Source: Gemmatimonadales bacterium (GTDB lineage: Bacteria > Gemmatimonadota > Gemmatimonadetes > Gemmatimonadales > Gemmatimonadaceae). From it: a DNA stretch of 64,000 bases. The DNA is taken from assembly GCA_039931395.1 (NCBI GenBank), contig JBDTRZ010000004.1, positions 587-64,586 of the forward strand. Reading direction: 5' to 3'. Position 1 is the stretch's first letter. Each line of letters begins with the position of its first letter. The position numbers were made by a program, and so were the translations under genes. Of this stretch, positions 30,329 through 39,892 are shown in pieces. The notes under the pieces were generated by a model. That model worked only from the letters and a program-made list of their open reading frames with translations. It did no database searches and was not told the origin of the DNA.

Positions 30329-31917
30329 TACGGTCAATGCCATCGACGTCCATCAACCGCGCGAGGCCTCGGCGCAGCCCGAAGGTTCTGCTTTTGCTGG
30401 CAGCGACATTTCCCGTCTGGCCATTGCTGCTGGTCAGCTCGCCGGTGCCATGGTCTACACGTGTGATTGGCGGCGTTCTGTGGGCGCTCTGCTTCTACCC
30501 CGCCTGGACGTATTTTCGAAACCCTCCTTCGCAGCGCTCGCCGGTTCCGTTTGTCGCGGTGATCGGTCTGCTGTACGCGATGTACTACGCCCGTCCTCTC
30601 ATTTTCGGGCAGTACAATCAACACTGGCGGATCAGGCTCGACCCTTTGACCGAGTACAACTATCCGGCGCAGCTCGCTCTCGAAGGGTGGATTGCCCTGC
30701 TGCTCGGATTCGGCTTCGCGCGTGGGTTCGTGCGCCGGAGCTGGGCGGACATCACCGGCCCGTACGACGCACGCAGGCTGGCAAACATCGCTCTGATACT
30801 TGTCGCCGCGGGTGCGGCATCCGCCGCTCTTCAGGAATTCATTGCGATCCCCGTGTTGATAGCGGGACTTTCACGTTTCGTTGCGGCGATGGGCCTGTTC
30901 GGCACCGGCCTCCTCACGATGCTTTTCGTGAGACGCGAGCTGCCCATGGTCAAGAAGATCGCGTTCATCTGCCTCGCGGCGTTGCCACTGCTCTACCAGG
31001 TTCTTTCGGGCTTTGTCGCAGGCGCGCTGATAATGGCGGCAGTGATCTTCCTCTCCATCTGGGTGGGACGAAAGCATCTGAGCCTGCGCTTTCTGGCATC
31101 CGTCGCGGTCGTCGTGATCTGTACGCTGACGCTGAAAGCGGTGGTGGGAGACTACCGAAAAATCGCGTGGATCCAGGGAAAGGATCTCAGCGTTGCGGAC
31201 CGGGCTCAGCTGGTAGTGAGAATGACCGAGGCCAGAATCTCCAACGATGGCTGGATGGCCACGCTCGGAGCCGGAACATTCTCGACGACCAAGCGTTCAG
31301 CGAACATGGATCTGATGGCCGACATCGTGCGCCGAACGCCGGAGCCGATTCCCTACTGGAACGGCGGATCGTACCTGTCACTCGTCGGCCTGGCAATCCC
31401 GCGATTCCTCTGGCCCGACAAGCCGACGAAGGAGCTGGGCCAGCGTTTCGGCCACCGCTACTCCATTCTCGATTCGGACGACAATCGCACGTCGTTCAAC
31501 CTTCCTTTTCTGGTCGAGTTCTACGCGAACTTCGGCGAGATCGGGGTGATACTTGGAATGTTCCTCGTCGGCATCATCTATAGAATCATTCAGAACGTGG
31601 CGAACAAGCCGGGGCACGACGCCATAACCGCCATCGCGGGGATCGTGCTCGTGCTTCCGTTGCTCAATATCGAATCCGACTTTTCACTTACGTTCGGTGG
31701 ACTGCTGATGGACGGCCTGGCCCTGTGGTACGTTCTCCGGAAAATTCAGAAGCAGGTGCTCACAGTCCCCGACGAAGTGGGTCGTGCGCGCGCGGCGTCA
31801 CTCAGGGGTATGCAACGAGGCAACGGCGCAATCCGCCGCGGCGGACTCACTGCTCAGAACGGCAACACTCCCCTGGCACCGGCCGGCATGTCGCGCCGAC
31901 TCGGACCGGGCGGCTGA
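30325..31917 (+). CDS. Polytopic membrane protein, probable Wzy polymerase
   Basis: About 11 TM helices with a large periplasmic loop containing IPRFLWPDKP and EFYANFG; the only candidate polymerase in a wzx/wzc locus. Confidence 0.65.
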   Translation: MIRSMPSTSINRARPRRSPKVLLLLAATFPVWPLLLVSSPVPWSTRVIGGVLWALCFYPAWTYFRNPPSQRSPVPFVAVIGLLYAMYYARPLIFGQYNQHWRIRLDPLTEYNYPAQLALEGWIALLLGFGFARGFVRRSWADITGPYDARRLANIALILVAAGAASAALQEFIAIPVLIAGLSRFVAAMGLFGTGLLTMLFVRRELPMVKKIAFICLAALPLLYQVLSGFVAGALIMAAVIFLSIWVGRKHLSLRFLASVAVVVICTLTLKAVVGDYRKIAWIQGKDLSVADRAQLVVRMTEARISNDGWMATLGAGTFSTTKRSANMDLMADIVRRTPEPIPYWNGGSYLSLVGLAIPRFLWPDKPTKELGQRFGHRYSILDSDDNRTSFNLPFLVEFYANFGEIGVILGMFLVGIIYRIIQNVANKPGHDAITAIAGIVLVLPLLNIESDFSLTFGGLLMDGLALWYVLRKIQKQVLTVPDEVGRARAASLRGMQRGNGAIRRGGLTAQNGNTPLAPAGMSRRLGPGG

Positions 31918-31934
31918 ATGGGAGTCCTTAGCTG

Positions 31935-33860
31935 ATGTGCGGCATATCGGGAATCCTTTCGCTCCGCGACTCGCGGGCTGCGACAAAGCTGATGACTGAC
32001 GCGATACGTCATCGCGGTCCGGACGACGTTGGCCTCGGGGAGCTCAGAGGACCACAGCAGACGGTGCACGGAATGTTCGGACACAGGCGACTGGCGATCA
32101 TCGACCTCTCGAGCGCCGGTCATCAACCGATGTTCACCGCCGATGGCCGCCTCGCGATCACGTTCAACGGTGAGATCTACAACTACGCGGAGCTGAAGCG
32201 AGAGCTGGAGCGCGAGGGCGCCGTTTTCCGAAGCTCATGCGATACCGAGGTGCTGCTCGTCGGATGGCTTCGTCACGGAGCTGATTTCCTGAGCCGGCTG
32301 CGGGGAATGTTCGCATTCGCGCTGTGGGATTCCGAGCTGGATCGCGGTTACCTCGTCCGCGATGCATTCGGAATCAAGCCTCTCTATGTGGCGGAGCGTG
32401 ACGGCGAGGTCTTGTTCGCGAGTGAAGTACGCGCCCTGCTCGCGTCGGGGCGCATCCGACCCGCACTGTCAGCGCCCGCTGTCGCGTCGTACCTCTCGAC
32501 CGGTTCCGTGGCAGAGCCATTGACGATCATCGAAGGGATGGTGGCCGTTCCGCCAGGATGCGTGGTCGAAGTGGCGCTTGGCAACGCCGGCTTCAGAACC
32601 GTCGGTGCACGCCGCTTCGCGAGAGCGTACCCGCCGGAGCCCGACATCCATCGTGATCCTCGCTCGCACATCCATCGGGTCAGGAACGCGTTGCGTGAGT
32701 CTGTTCGATATCATCTGGTGAGCGACGTTCCCGTGGCGCTGTTCCTCTCGGGAGGCATCGATTCTTCCGCGGTGGCCGGACTGGCGAGCGAAGTCTCCGA
32801 CAGCCAGCTCGAGAGTTTTACAGTCACGTTCAGCGAGGCCGACTTCAGCGAAGCGGCGCCGGCGCGCGAGGCAGCACGTCGGTTCAACACACGGCACCAC
32901 GAGATTCTGCTTTCCGGGGATGACCTTCTCAGTGCGCTGCCAGACGTGTTCGCGGCGATGGACCAACCATCACTCGACGGGCTGAACACGTTCGTGGTGA
33001 GCCGCGCGGTTCGCTCGTACGGAATCAAGGTCGTACTGTCGGGTCTCGGCGGTGATGAGCTGTTCGGCGGATATCCGTCCTTCCGTCGCGCACGGTACAT
33101 CGCGCCTCTGTGGAAGCTGCCACGCCCCGTGCGCCACGTGGGCGCAATGGGAGTGAGCCGGTTTGCGGATTTGCGCGCCGACCGCGTTCACACACTGCTC
33201 GACGAGTCGAGTCCTGCCTACGCGGCCTACCGCGGCTCGCGCACTTTGTTCAGCGCGCGCCAGCTTGCATCCCTCACTGCCGGACCTTCCAGGCAATCGC
33301 CCGTGCCACGTCCTGACGATGCCGACGTAGATGCACTGACGCTGACGCAACAGGTGTCGCTGTACGAGCTGACCGGCTACATGCGCAACACTCTGCTGAG
33401 GGACAGCGATGTGTTCAGCATGGCTCACGCACTCGAGCTCCGTGTGCCCCTCGTCGACATCGGCGTCGCACGCGCAGCCGGCTCTGCTGCCGATGCATTC
33501 GGCGCGCGGAACGGTATGCCGAAGCCTGTCCTTGTCGAGTCGGTCAGAGACCTGCTTTCCCAGGAGACGATAGACCGGCCAAAGCGCGGCTTCACGCTGC
33601 CGTTCGAAACTTGGATGCGACGTGAGCTGTTCGACGAGGTGAACTCCGTTCTGACAGGTGTTCGCGCGGATGGCATCGGCTTGCGCCGCACAGCGGTGGC
33701 CGACGTCTGGGACCAGTTCCAGCGCCGCCGTCCCGGAGTGAACTGGAGCCGCCCATGGGCGTTGTACACGCTCCTTCGATGGGCCGCGCAGAACGGACTG
33801 GCTGAAGTGGCTGTGACTGACGCACTGCCAGCGCATGTCAGTCTTGCCGCGGCGGGATGA
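31935..33860 (+). CDS. asnB: Asparagine synthase (glutamine-hydrolysing)-like amidotransferase, polysaccharide associated
   Basis: MCGI, HRGPD, HRRLAIID, NGEIYN, LSGGIDSS, SGLGGDELFGGY. Confidence 0.9.
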   Translation: MCGISGILSLRDSRAATKLMTDAIRHRGPDDVGLGELRGPQQTVHGMFGHRRLAIIDLSSAGHQPMFTADGRLAITFNGEIYNYAELKRELEREGAVFRSSCDTEVLLVGWLRHGADFLSRLRGMFAFALWDSELDRGYLVRDAFGIKPLYVAERDGEVLFASEVRALLASGRIRPALSAPAVASYLSTGSVAEPLTIIEGMVAVPPGCVVEVALGNAGFRTVGARRFARAYPPEPDIHRDPRSHIHRVRNALRESVRYHLVSDVPVALFLSGGIDSSAVAGLASEVSDSQLESFTVTFSEADFSEAAPAREAARRFNTRHHEILLSGDDLLSALPDVFAAMDQPSLDGLNTFVVSRAVRSYGIKVVLSGLGGDELFGGYPSFRRARYIAPLWKLPRPVRHVGAMGVSRFADLRADRVHTLLDESSPAYAAYRGSRTLFSARQLASLTAGPSRQSPVPRPDDADVDALTLTQQVSLYELTGYMRNTLLRDSDVFSMAHALELRVPLVDIGVARAAGSAADAFGARNGMPKPVLVESVRDLLSQETIDRPKRGFTLPFETWMRRELFDEVNSVLTGVRADGIGLRRTAVADVWDQFQRRRPGVNWSRPWALYTLLRWAAQNGLAEVAVTDALPAHVSLAAAG

Positions 33861-35011
33861 GGGTACTGCACGTCGCTCCAAGCATCGCGCGAGCTTACGG
33901 CGGACCCACACAATCACTCGCGGGCTATGTGAGGGCAGCGGCCCTCGGTGGGATTGAAACCGTCGTCGCCGCACCGACGGCAAGCGCTGAGGAAATCGAG
34001 GCGCTCCACTCGGCTGGCGCGTCAGAAGTACGAACTTTCTCCAGCTTCGGCCGCCGCGCAATGTGCATGTCGCCTGCTCTGGTCAGGTGGCTCCGTGGCG
34101 CGTCGAAGGAATACGACGTCACTCACGTTCACGGGCTGTTCAATCCGATCAGCACATTCGGCGCACGCGCGGCCATTCATGAAGGCTCCGCCGTAATCAT
34201 CAGACCCTTCGGCACTCTCTCCCGCTACACGTTCACACATCGGCGAGGCACTCTGAAGCGCGCATGGTTCTCCGCTCTCGAGAGGCGCAACATCGAATCG
34301 GCAGCGGGACTTCACTTCACAACGGCCGCCGAGCGCGAGGGATCCGAATGGCACGGACTTTCGGGCGCGACGTCATACGTCGTACCCCCACCGTGGATCT
34401 CGCCGAATGAAACACCCAACCATGGCGGCGACGACGCACGTCCCGTCGTGCTCTTTCTCAGCCGGATCAACCGCGTCAAGAACATCGCCGCACTGATCGC
34501 GGCATGGCCGGCGGTAATTCGCTCTGTCCCTTCCGCGCGATTGGTGATTGCCGGCTCTGGTGACGCAGCCTACGAAGCTGAATTGCATTCGCAGGCTGCC
34601 GGGCTCGGTGTCGAGTCCAGCGTCTCGTTTCCCGGCTTCCTGAGTGGTCGGGAAAAATCCGACGCCCTCGCGGGCGCGTCATTGTTCCTCCTTCCGTCGC
34701 ATCATGAAAACTTCGGCATGGCCGTGCTGGAGGCGCTCGCCGCAGGAACTCCGGTCGTGATATCGCCCGAGGTGCAGCTCAGGGATTTCGTCACGACGCA
34801 TCAGCTTGGGAGAGTCGCCGAAGCCAATCCCGCAGACATCGCCTCTGCGATCGTCGATGGACTCGCTGATCGGGCGCTTCGCGATCGCGTCGCCGCTCAC
34901 GGACACAGGATAGTGGAAGAAACCTACGGAGCAGCCGTCGTCGGCGAGCAACTGTGCTCGATGTATGTTGGGGCGATGCACCAGCACCGCTCGAGAAGGA
35001 AAATCAGCTAG
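33857..35011 (+). CDS. Glycosyltransferase family 4
   Basis: YGGP, FLSRINRVKN, PSHHENFGMAVLEA. Confidence 0.9.
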   Translation: MRVLHVAPSIARAYGGPTQSLAGYVRAAALGGIETVVAAPTASAEEIEALHSAGASEVRTFSSFGRRAMCMSPALVRWLRGASKEYDVTHVHGLFNPISTFGARAAIHEGSAVIIRPFGTLSRYTFTHRRGTLKRAWFSALERRNIESAAGLHFTTAAEREGSEWHGLSGATSYVVPPPWISPNETPNHGGDDARPVVLFLSRINRVKNIAALIAAWPAVIRSVPSARLVIAGSGDAAYEAELHSQAAGLGVESSVSFPGFLSGREKSDALAGASLFLLPSHHENFGMAVLEALAAGTPVVISPEVQLRDFVTTHQLGRVAEANPADIASAIVDGLADRALRDRVAAHGHRIVEETYGAAVVGEQLCSMYVGAMHQHRSRRKIS

Positions 35012-35013
35012 CC

Positions 35014-36795
35014 ATGTATATACTCGGCATCAACGCCTACCACGCGGACGGGTCCGCCGTTCTCATTCACGACGGCGAGCTCGTCGTCGCACTCGAGGAG
35101 GAAAGGTTCAGGCGAATCAAGCACTGGGCCGGCTTTCCGACAGTGACGATCCAGAGGTGTCTCGACATCGCGGGCATCACGGGTGCGGACATCGCGCACG
35201 TCGCGATCAGTCGCGATCCGCGAGCGAACCTTTTGCGGAAGGCGGCATTCGCGGTCACCAACCGGATGAGCATCTCGAACATCGTCAACCGCACGCGGAA
35301 TCTGAAAAAGGTGAATGAGATTCACGAGCCCCTGGCGGCTGCTCTCGGCGTGGATCGCCCGGCATTGCCGAAGGTGCATTTCGTCGAGCACCACCCGGCC
35401 CATCTGGCGAGCGCCTTTTTTGTCTCGCCTTTCGAAGACGCCGCGGTGTGTGCGATCGACGGTTTCGGCGACTACATCAGCACTTCCCTCGCGGCAGGAA
35501 AGGGCAATCACATCGATGTGCTTGCGAAGGTGTCATACCCACATTCGCTTGGCGTCTTCTACACTGCGGTCACCCAGTTTCTGGGCTTCCACAATTACGG
35601 AGACGAGTTCAAGGTCATGGGGCTGGCGCCGTACGGCGCGCCCGATTACGTGGACGAGCTGCGGAAGCTCGTGACACTCGAGCCGGGCGGAATGTTCGAG
35701 CTGGAGCGCACGTACTTCCGCCATTGGGATGAAGGCGTCGAGATGGAATGGGAGGGCGGATCGCCGAGCATGGGGCGTCTCTTCACTCCTGAGCTCGAGA
35801 GCCTGCTCGGACCGGCGAGGCAAAAGGAGGAGCCGCTCACGCCTCGGCACGAAAACCTCGCCCGCTCGCTGCAGGCAGTTTACGAGGAGGCCGCGTTCCA
35901 CGTGCTGAACGGGCTGTGGGACCGAACGCACAACCCTCGTCTCTGCCTGGCGGGTGGATGCGCGATGAACAGCGTCGCAAACGGAAAGGTCAGGGACAAC
36001 ACCCCCTTCCGCGAGGTCTACATCCAGCCCGCCGCGGGCGACAACGGCACTGCTCTGGGTGCGGCGTTTCACGTCTGGAACCAGGTGCTGGGAATGCCCC
36101 GCGGCTTTGAGATGCATCACGGCTACTGGGGAACGGAATACCCCGACACCGATCCGCGCTCGCTCTCGCTTCCCGACGATGACGCGGAATGGATCTTCGA
36201 TGCCGAGACTCACGCAGATGAGCTGGACGTATGCCGCGTGACGGCCCAGCTGATAGCGGATGGGAACGTCGTCGGATGGTACCAGGGGAAGATGGAGTGG
36301 GGCGCGCGCGCTCTCGGAAATCGAAGCATCCTTGCCGACGCGCGGCGCGGCGACATGCGCGACCTCATCAATCTCAAGATCAAGTTTCGTGAGAAGTTCA
36401 GGCCGTTCGCTCCGTCCATACTCGAAGAGGCTCTCGACGACTATTTCGTCGATGCCGCCGCCGATCCGTTCATGCAGCAGGTCTATCCGGTGAGGCCCGA
36501 GAAGCGTGCGGTGCTTCCCGCAATCACTCACACCGATGGCAGCGGAAGGCTTCAGACAGTCAGTCCAAAATCAAATCCGCGGTACCACCGGCTCATCAGC
36601 GAGTTCGCCTCGCTGACCGGCGTACCGGTGATCCTGAACACCAGCTTCAACGAGAACGAGCCAATCGTGGATACGCCGCAGCAGGCCCTGGACTGTTTCC
36701 TCCGCACCAGAATGGACGTAATCGTGGTCAACAACACCGTGATCCGGCGCCGTCCCAGGACAAATCGGCTGGACGGTTCAGGGTCGGGGTACTAA
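35014..36795 (+). CDS. O-carbamoyltransferase (NodU/CmcH family), second copy
   Basis: MYILGINAYH, EEERFRRIKH, EHHPAH, DGFGD, GARALGNRSIL, LNTSFN. Confidence 0.92.
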   Translation: MYILGINAYHADGSAVLIHDGELVVALEEERFRRIKHWAGFPTVTIQRCLDIAGITGADIAHVAISRDPRANLLRKAAFAVTNRMSISNIVNRTRNLKKVNEIHEPLAAALGVDRPALPKVHFVEHHPAHLASAFFVSPFEDAAVCAIDGFGDYISTSLAAGKGNHIDVLAKVSYPHSLGVFYTAVTQFLGFHNYGDEFKVMGLAPYGAPDYVDELRKLVTLEPGGMFELERTYFRHWDEGVEMEWEGGSPSMGRLFTPELESLLGPARQKEEPLTPRHENLARSLQAVYEEAAFHVLNGLWDRTHNPRLCLAGGCAMNSVANGKVRDNTPFREVYIQPAAGDNGTALGAAFHVWNQVLGMPRGFEMHHGYWGTEYPDTDPRSLSLPDDDAEWIFDAETHADELDVCRVTAQLIADGNVVGWYQGKMEWGARALGNRSILADARRGDMRDLINLKIKFREKFRPFAPSILEEALDDYFVDAAADPFMQQVYPVRPEKRAVLPAITHTDGSGRLQTVSPKSNPRYHRLISEFASLTGVPVILNTSFNENEPIVDTPQQALDCFLRTRMDVIVVNNTVIRRRPRTNRLDGSGSGY

Positions 36796-36865
36796 CTTTG
36801 ACAGGATACTCATGAGTTTTCGCCCGCCCGCCTCCCCCCGGGCGGTGCACAATCGCAATCCCCCG

Positions 36866-37489
36866 ATGATTTCAGCAAAGCGCCTCGTACTCGCGTTCGC
36901 CGCCTTAGTCTCCGCGTCGAGCCTCGGTGCGCAGAATTCGACTGACCCGAACGCCTTGGGACTCAACCCGGGCGATCAGCTCCGCATCACCGTGTGGCGC
37001 AAGCCCGAAATGAGCTGCGACTGCGTCGTGGGCCCCAATGGCACGATAACGCACCCCCTGTATCGCGAGGTGCAGGTCACGGGGCTTACGATGTCCGCAG
37101 TGGAAGAGCGGCTGAGAACTTTTCTTGCCAAGTACGAGACCAATCCACAGTTCGTGGTTCAGCCACTCGTCAAGATCATAGTGGGAGGCGAGGTGCGGAC
37201 CCCCAACGTCTACAGCGTTCCACCTGAGACGACGATTGCCCAGGCCATCGCTCTGGCGGGAGGGCCCACGGAAAGGGGCCTCATCGACCAGGTGAAGGTG
37301 GTGCGCGACCGGCAGGAAGTGAAGCTCGACGTGAGCCGGCCAGATTCCGATGCGGGGCTTCTGCAGATCCGATCGGGAGACCAGGTGCTGGTAGGCAGAA
37401 AGGGCACGTCGGCGCGCGAGCTTATCGGTCCCGTAGCGAGCAGTATCGCCGCAATCGCCGCGACGATCAGCATTTTCGTGAGACGCTGA
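36866..37489 (+). CDS. wza: Polysaccharide export protein Wza/SLBB
   Basis: Signal peptide, LNPGDQLRITV, G.IT.P, GEVRTP, ALAGG SLBB motif. Confidence 0.82.
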   Translation: MISAKRLVLAFAALVSASSLGAQNSTDPNALGLNPGDQLRITVWRKPEMSCDCVVGPNGTITHPLYREVQVTGLTMSAVEERLRTFLAKYETNPQFVVQPLVKIIVGGEVRTPNVYSVPPETTIAQAIALAGGPTERGLIDQVKVVRDRQEVKLDVSRPDSDAGLLQIRSGDQVLVGRKGTSARELIGPVASSIAAIAATISIFVRR

Positions 37490-37499
37490 GGAAGCAATC

Positions 37500-39890
37500 G
37501 TGGCCGACATCGTTCCCTACGAGCACCGCGGACTGACCCCGGGCAGAGAATCCCGCCCGATGAGTGAGGGATATCCCGAGCCGGTGACGGAGCCGCTCGG
37601 GCTCAAGGAATACATCATGATCGTCCGGCGTCAGCTCTGGATCGTGCTGTCGATCGTGGCGATCTGCCTTGGCGTTACGTCGTATCTGGTGCTCAAGGCG
37701 CCCGCCCGGTACCGCGCGACGGCGGTCATCCGGCTGGCCGACGCGAGGCGTGCCATGACAGGCGCGAGCGAAGCAGGAGCGTACGAGCAGGTTCTCGGCC
37801 GCGAGACTGATGTCCTGCTTTCCCAGATTCAGGTGATGATGAGTCGCGGCATAGTTGCCGATGCAGTCGAGCGTGACGGGTTCCGGCTCGCGCGCATAGA
37901 AGGACAGCAGTATCTGCCCGAAATCACCGATGTCCACGTCGCTGAAAATGCAGCCGCGGACACAGTCCGTGTCGCATTCGCTCCCAACGGAGTCACGCTG
38001 CGCGCCGCGAATCAGATTTCGGTGGGGACGTACGGTCAGCCGGTCGAAGCAGGTGGAGTGCGGCTCACGGTGTCGAAGCAGCTGAAGGCGTCTGCGGCAT
38101 CGTTCCACGTGATCTCGCGGGCGGAAGCTGTCGGCAACATCCTGGAGAACTTCAAGGCGGTTCCCCGCCCCAAGACGGACATCATCGATCTTCAGTTCGT
38201 CTCCGACGACCCGCGTTACGCGCGGCAAGTGGCGAACGCCATGGCGATCACTTTCCAGGCGCACAACACTGAGGGTGCACAACAGGCGTCGCGCCGCCGC
38301 CGCATCTTCCTCGAGGAACAGCTGCGGCAGACAGATGCGATGCTCCAACGCGCCATGGGAGAATACAGTGCCTATCGCTCGGGCCAGCAGGTTTTCTCAT
38401 CCAAGGAAAAAGCGAGCGCGCAGCAGGCCGGCATCGTCGACGTGGACATTCGCCGAGCTGATCTCGATGCACAGCGCCGAACATACAAGTCTCTTCTCTC
38501 TCAGGCGCAGCGATCGAGTCAGGGCGGCGACAGCAATCTCCAGGCGCTCGTCTCGTCGCCAGGCATCGCGGCGAATCCGGTCATTCATCAGCTCTACAGC
38601 CAGCTCACGGGTTACGAGAAGCAGCGCGACAGTCTCGTGATGGGGGGCGCAGCTGCGACCAATCCCGACGTCATTGCCGTCAATACACTCGTGGGGACTA
38701 CGACGTCGCGGCTCAGCGCAGCAGTGCGAAACCAGATCTCATCGCTCGACGCGCAGATCGACGCGCTTGACAACCTCAAGACGCGCAGCACCGCCGAGAT
38801 CGCGAGCGCACCTCGGGCAGAAACCGAGGAAGCTCGCCTCGGCCAGCAGGTACAGGCGGTTCAGAAGATGGCCGACCGCCTCCAGGAAGAGCACCAGAGC
38901 GCGAAGATGTCTGAGGCGGTAGAAGCAGGCCAGGTCGAGATTCTCGATCTGGCGGATGTGCCGACATTCCCGATTGCGACCGGCCGCTCAAGAAAGCTCG
39001 CGCTCGGCCTGGTCATCGGTCTGATGCTCGGTGTCGGCGCAGCGGTTCTCATCGACGGAATGAATACGTCCATTCGCCGCCGTGACGACGTCGAGCGCAT
39101 TCTCCAGATTCCCGGCCTTGCAGTGATTCCGCAGTTCCTCGGTGCGTCTGGTACCGGAAGGCTTGCGCGCGCACTTCCGAGGCGAGGCGGGAACGGGAAT
39201 GGAAAATCGCGCCGCGCGGAGGGATTGGTCACGATATACGACGCGCGCTCCTCGGGCGCCGAGGCATTCAGGACGCTGCGCACGAACCTGATCTTCTCGC
39301 AGTCGGTGCAGACGCTGCGGACGATCGTCGTGACGAGCGCCGCGCCCTCCGAAGGCAAGACGACGACCGCAGCAAACCTCGCGGTGTCGTTCGCTCAGCA
39401 GGGAATGCGTGTACTCATCGTCGATTGCGACCTTCGTCGCTCACGCCTTCACAAGATGTTCTCCGTTCCGCGGGAGCCGGGATTGACGGAGCTCGTTCTC
39501 GGTCACGTCGATCAGGACGCTGTGACTCGCGAGACTTCCGTGACGGGCCTGTACATCCTGCCGTCAGGCCAGCTCCCTCCCAATCCGTCGGAGCTTCTCG
39601 GCGGAGCGCGCATGCGAAAGGTTCTCGCCTCGCTGACAGAGGCGTTCGATCTGATCCTGGTCGATACGCCCCCACTCCTCGCGGCGTCCGATGCAGCCAT
39701 TCTCGCCACGATCGCCGATGGTGTCGTGCTGGTCGTGAGAGCAGGTGTCACGGAGGCCGAAGCAGGGCAGCAGGCGATGCAGCAGCTGGCCTCTGTCGGA
39801 GCTCGAGTCGTGGGCGCGGTGCTGAACGATCCTGATTCGAAGGTCCAGACGTACGGCGGTTACTATAAGTACGACTACGCCAACGGCTGA
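37500..39890 (+). CDS. wzc: Polysaccharide co-polymerase / BY tyrosine kinase Wzc
   Basis: Two TM helices, coiled coil, EAFRTLRTNL, Walker A PSEGKTT, DCDLRR, DTPP, C-terminal Tyr cluster YGGYYKYDY. Confidence 0.92.
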   Translation: MADIVPYEHRGLTPGRESRPMSEGYPEPVTEPLGLKEYIMIVRRQLWIVLSIVAICLGVTSYLVLKAPARYRATAVIRLADARRAMTGASEAGAYEQVLGRETDVLLSQIQVMMSRGIVADAVERDGFRLARIEGQQYLPEITDVHVAENAAADTVRVAFAPNGVTLRAANQISVGTYGQPVEAGGVRLTVSKQLKASAASFHVISRAEAVGNILENFKAVPRPKTDIIDLQFVSDDPRYARQVANAMAITFQAHNTEGAQQASRRRRIFLEEQLRQTDAMLQRAMGEYSAYRSGQQVFSSKEKASAQQAGIVDVDIRRADLDAQRRTYKSLLSQAQRSSQGGDSNLQALVSSPGIAANPVIHQLYSQLTGYEKQRDSLVMGGAAATNPDVIAVNTLVGTTTSRLSAAVRNQISSLDAQIDALDNLKTRSTAEIASAPRAETEEARLGQQVQAVQKMADRLQEEHQSAKMSEAVEAGQVEILDLADVPTFPIATGRSRKLALGLVIGLMLGVGAAVLIDGMNTSIRRRDDVERILQIPGLAVIPQFLGASGTGRLARALPRRGGNGNGKSRRAEGLVTIYDARSSGAEAFRTLRTNLIFSQSVQTLRTIVVTSAAPSEGKTTTAANLAVSFAQQGMRVLIVDCDLRRSRLHKMFSVPREPGLTELVLGHVDQDAVTRETSVTGLYILPSGQLPPNPSELLGGARMRKVLASLTEAFDLILVDTPPLLAASDAAILATIADGVVLVVRAGVTEAEAGQQAMQQLASVGARVVGAVLNDPDSKVQTYGGYYKYDYANG

Positions 39891-39892
39891 GC

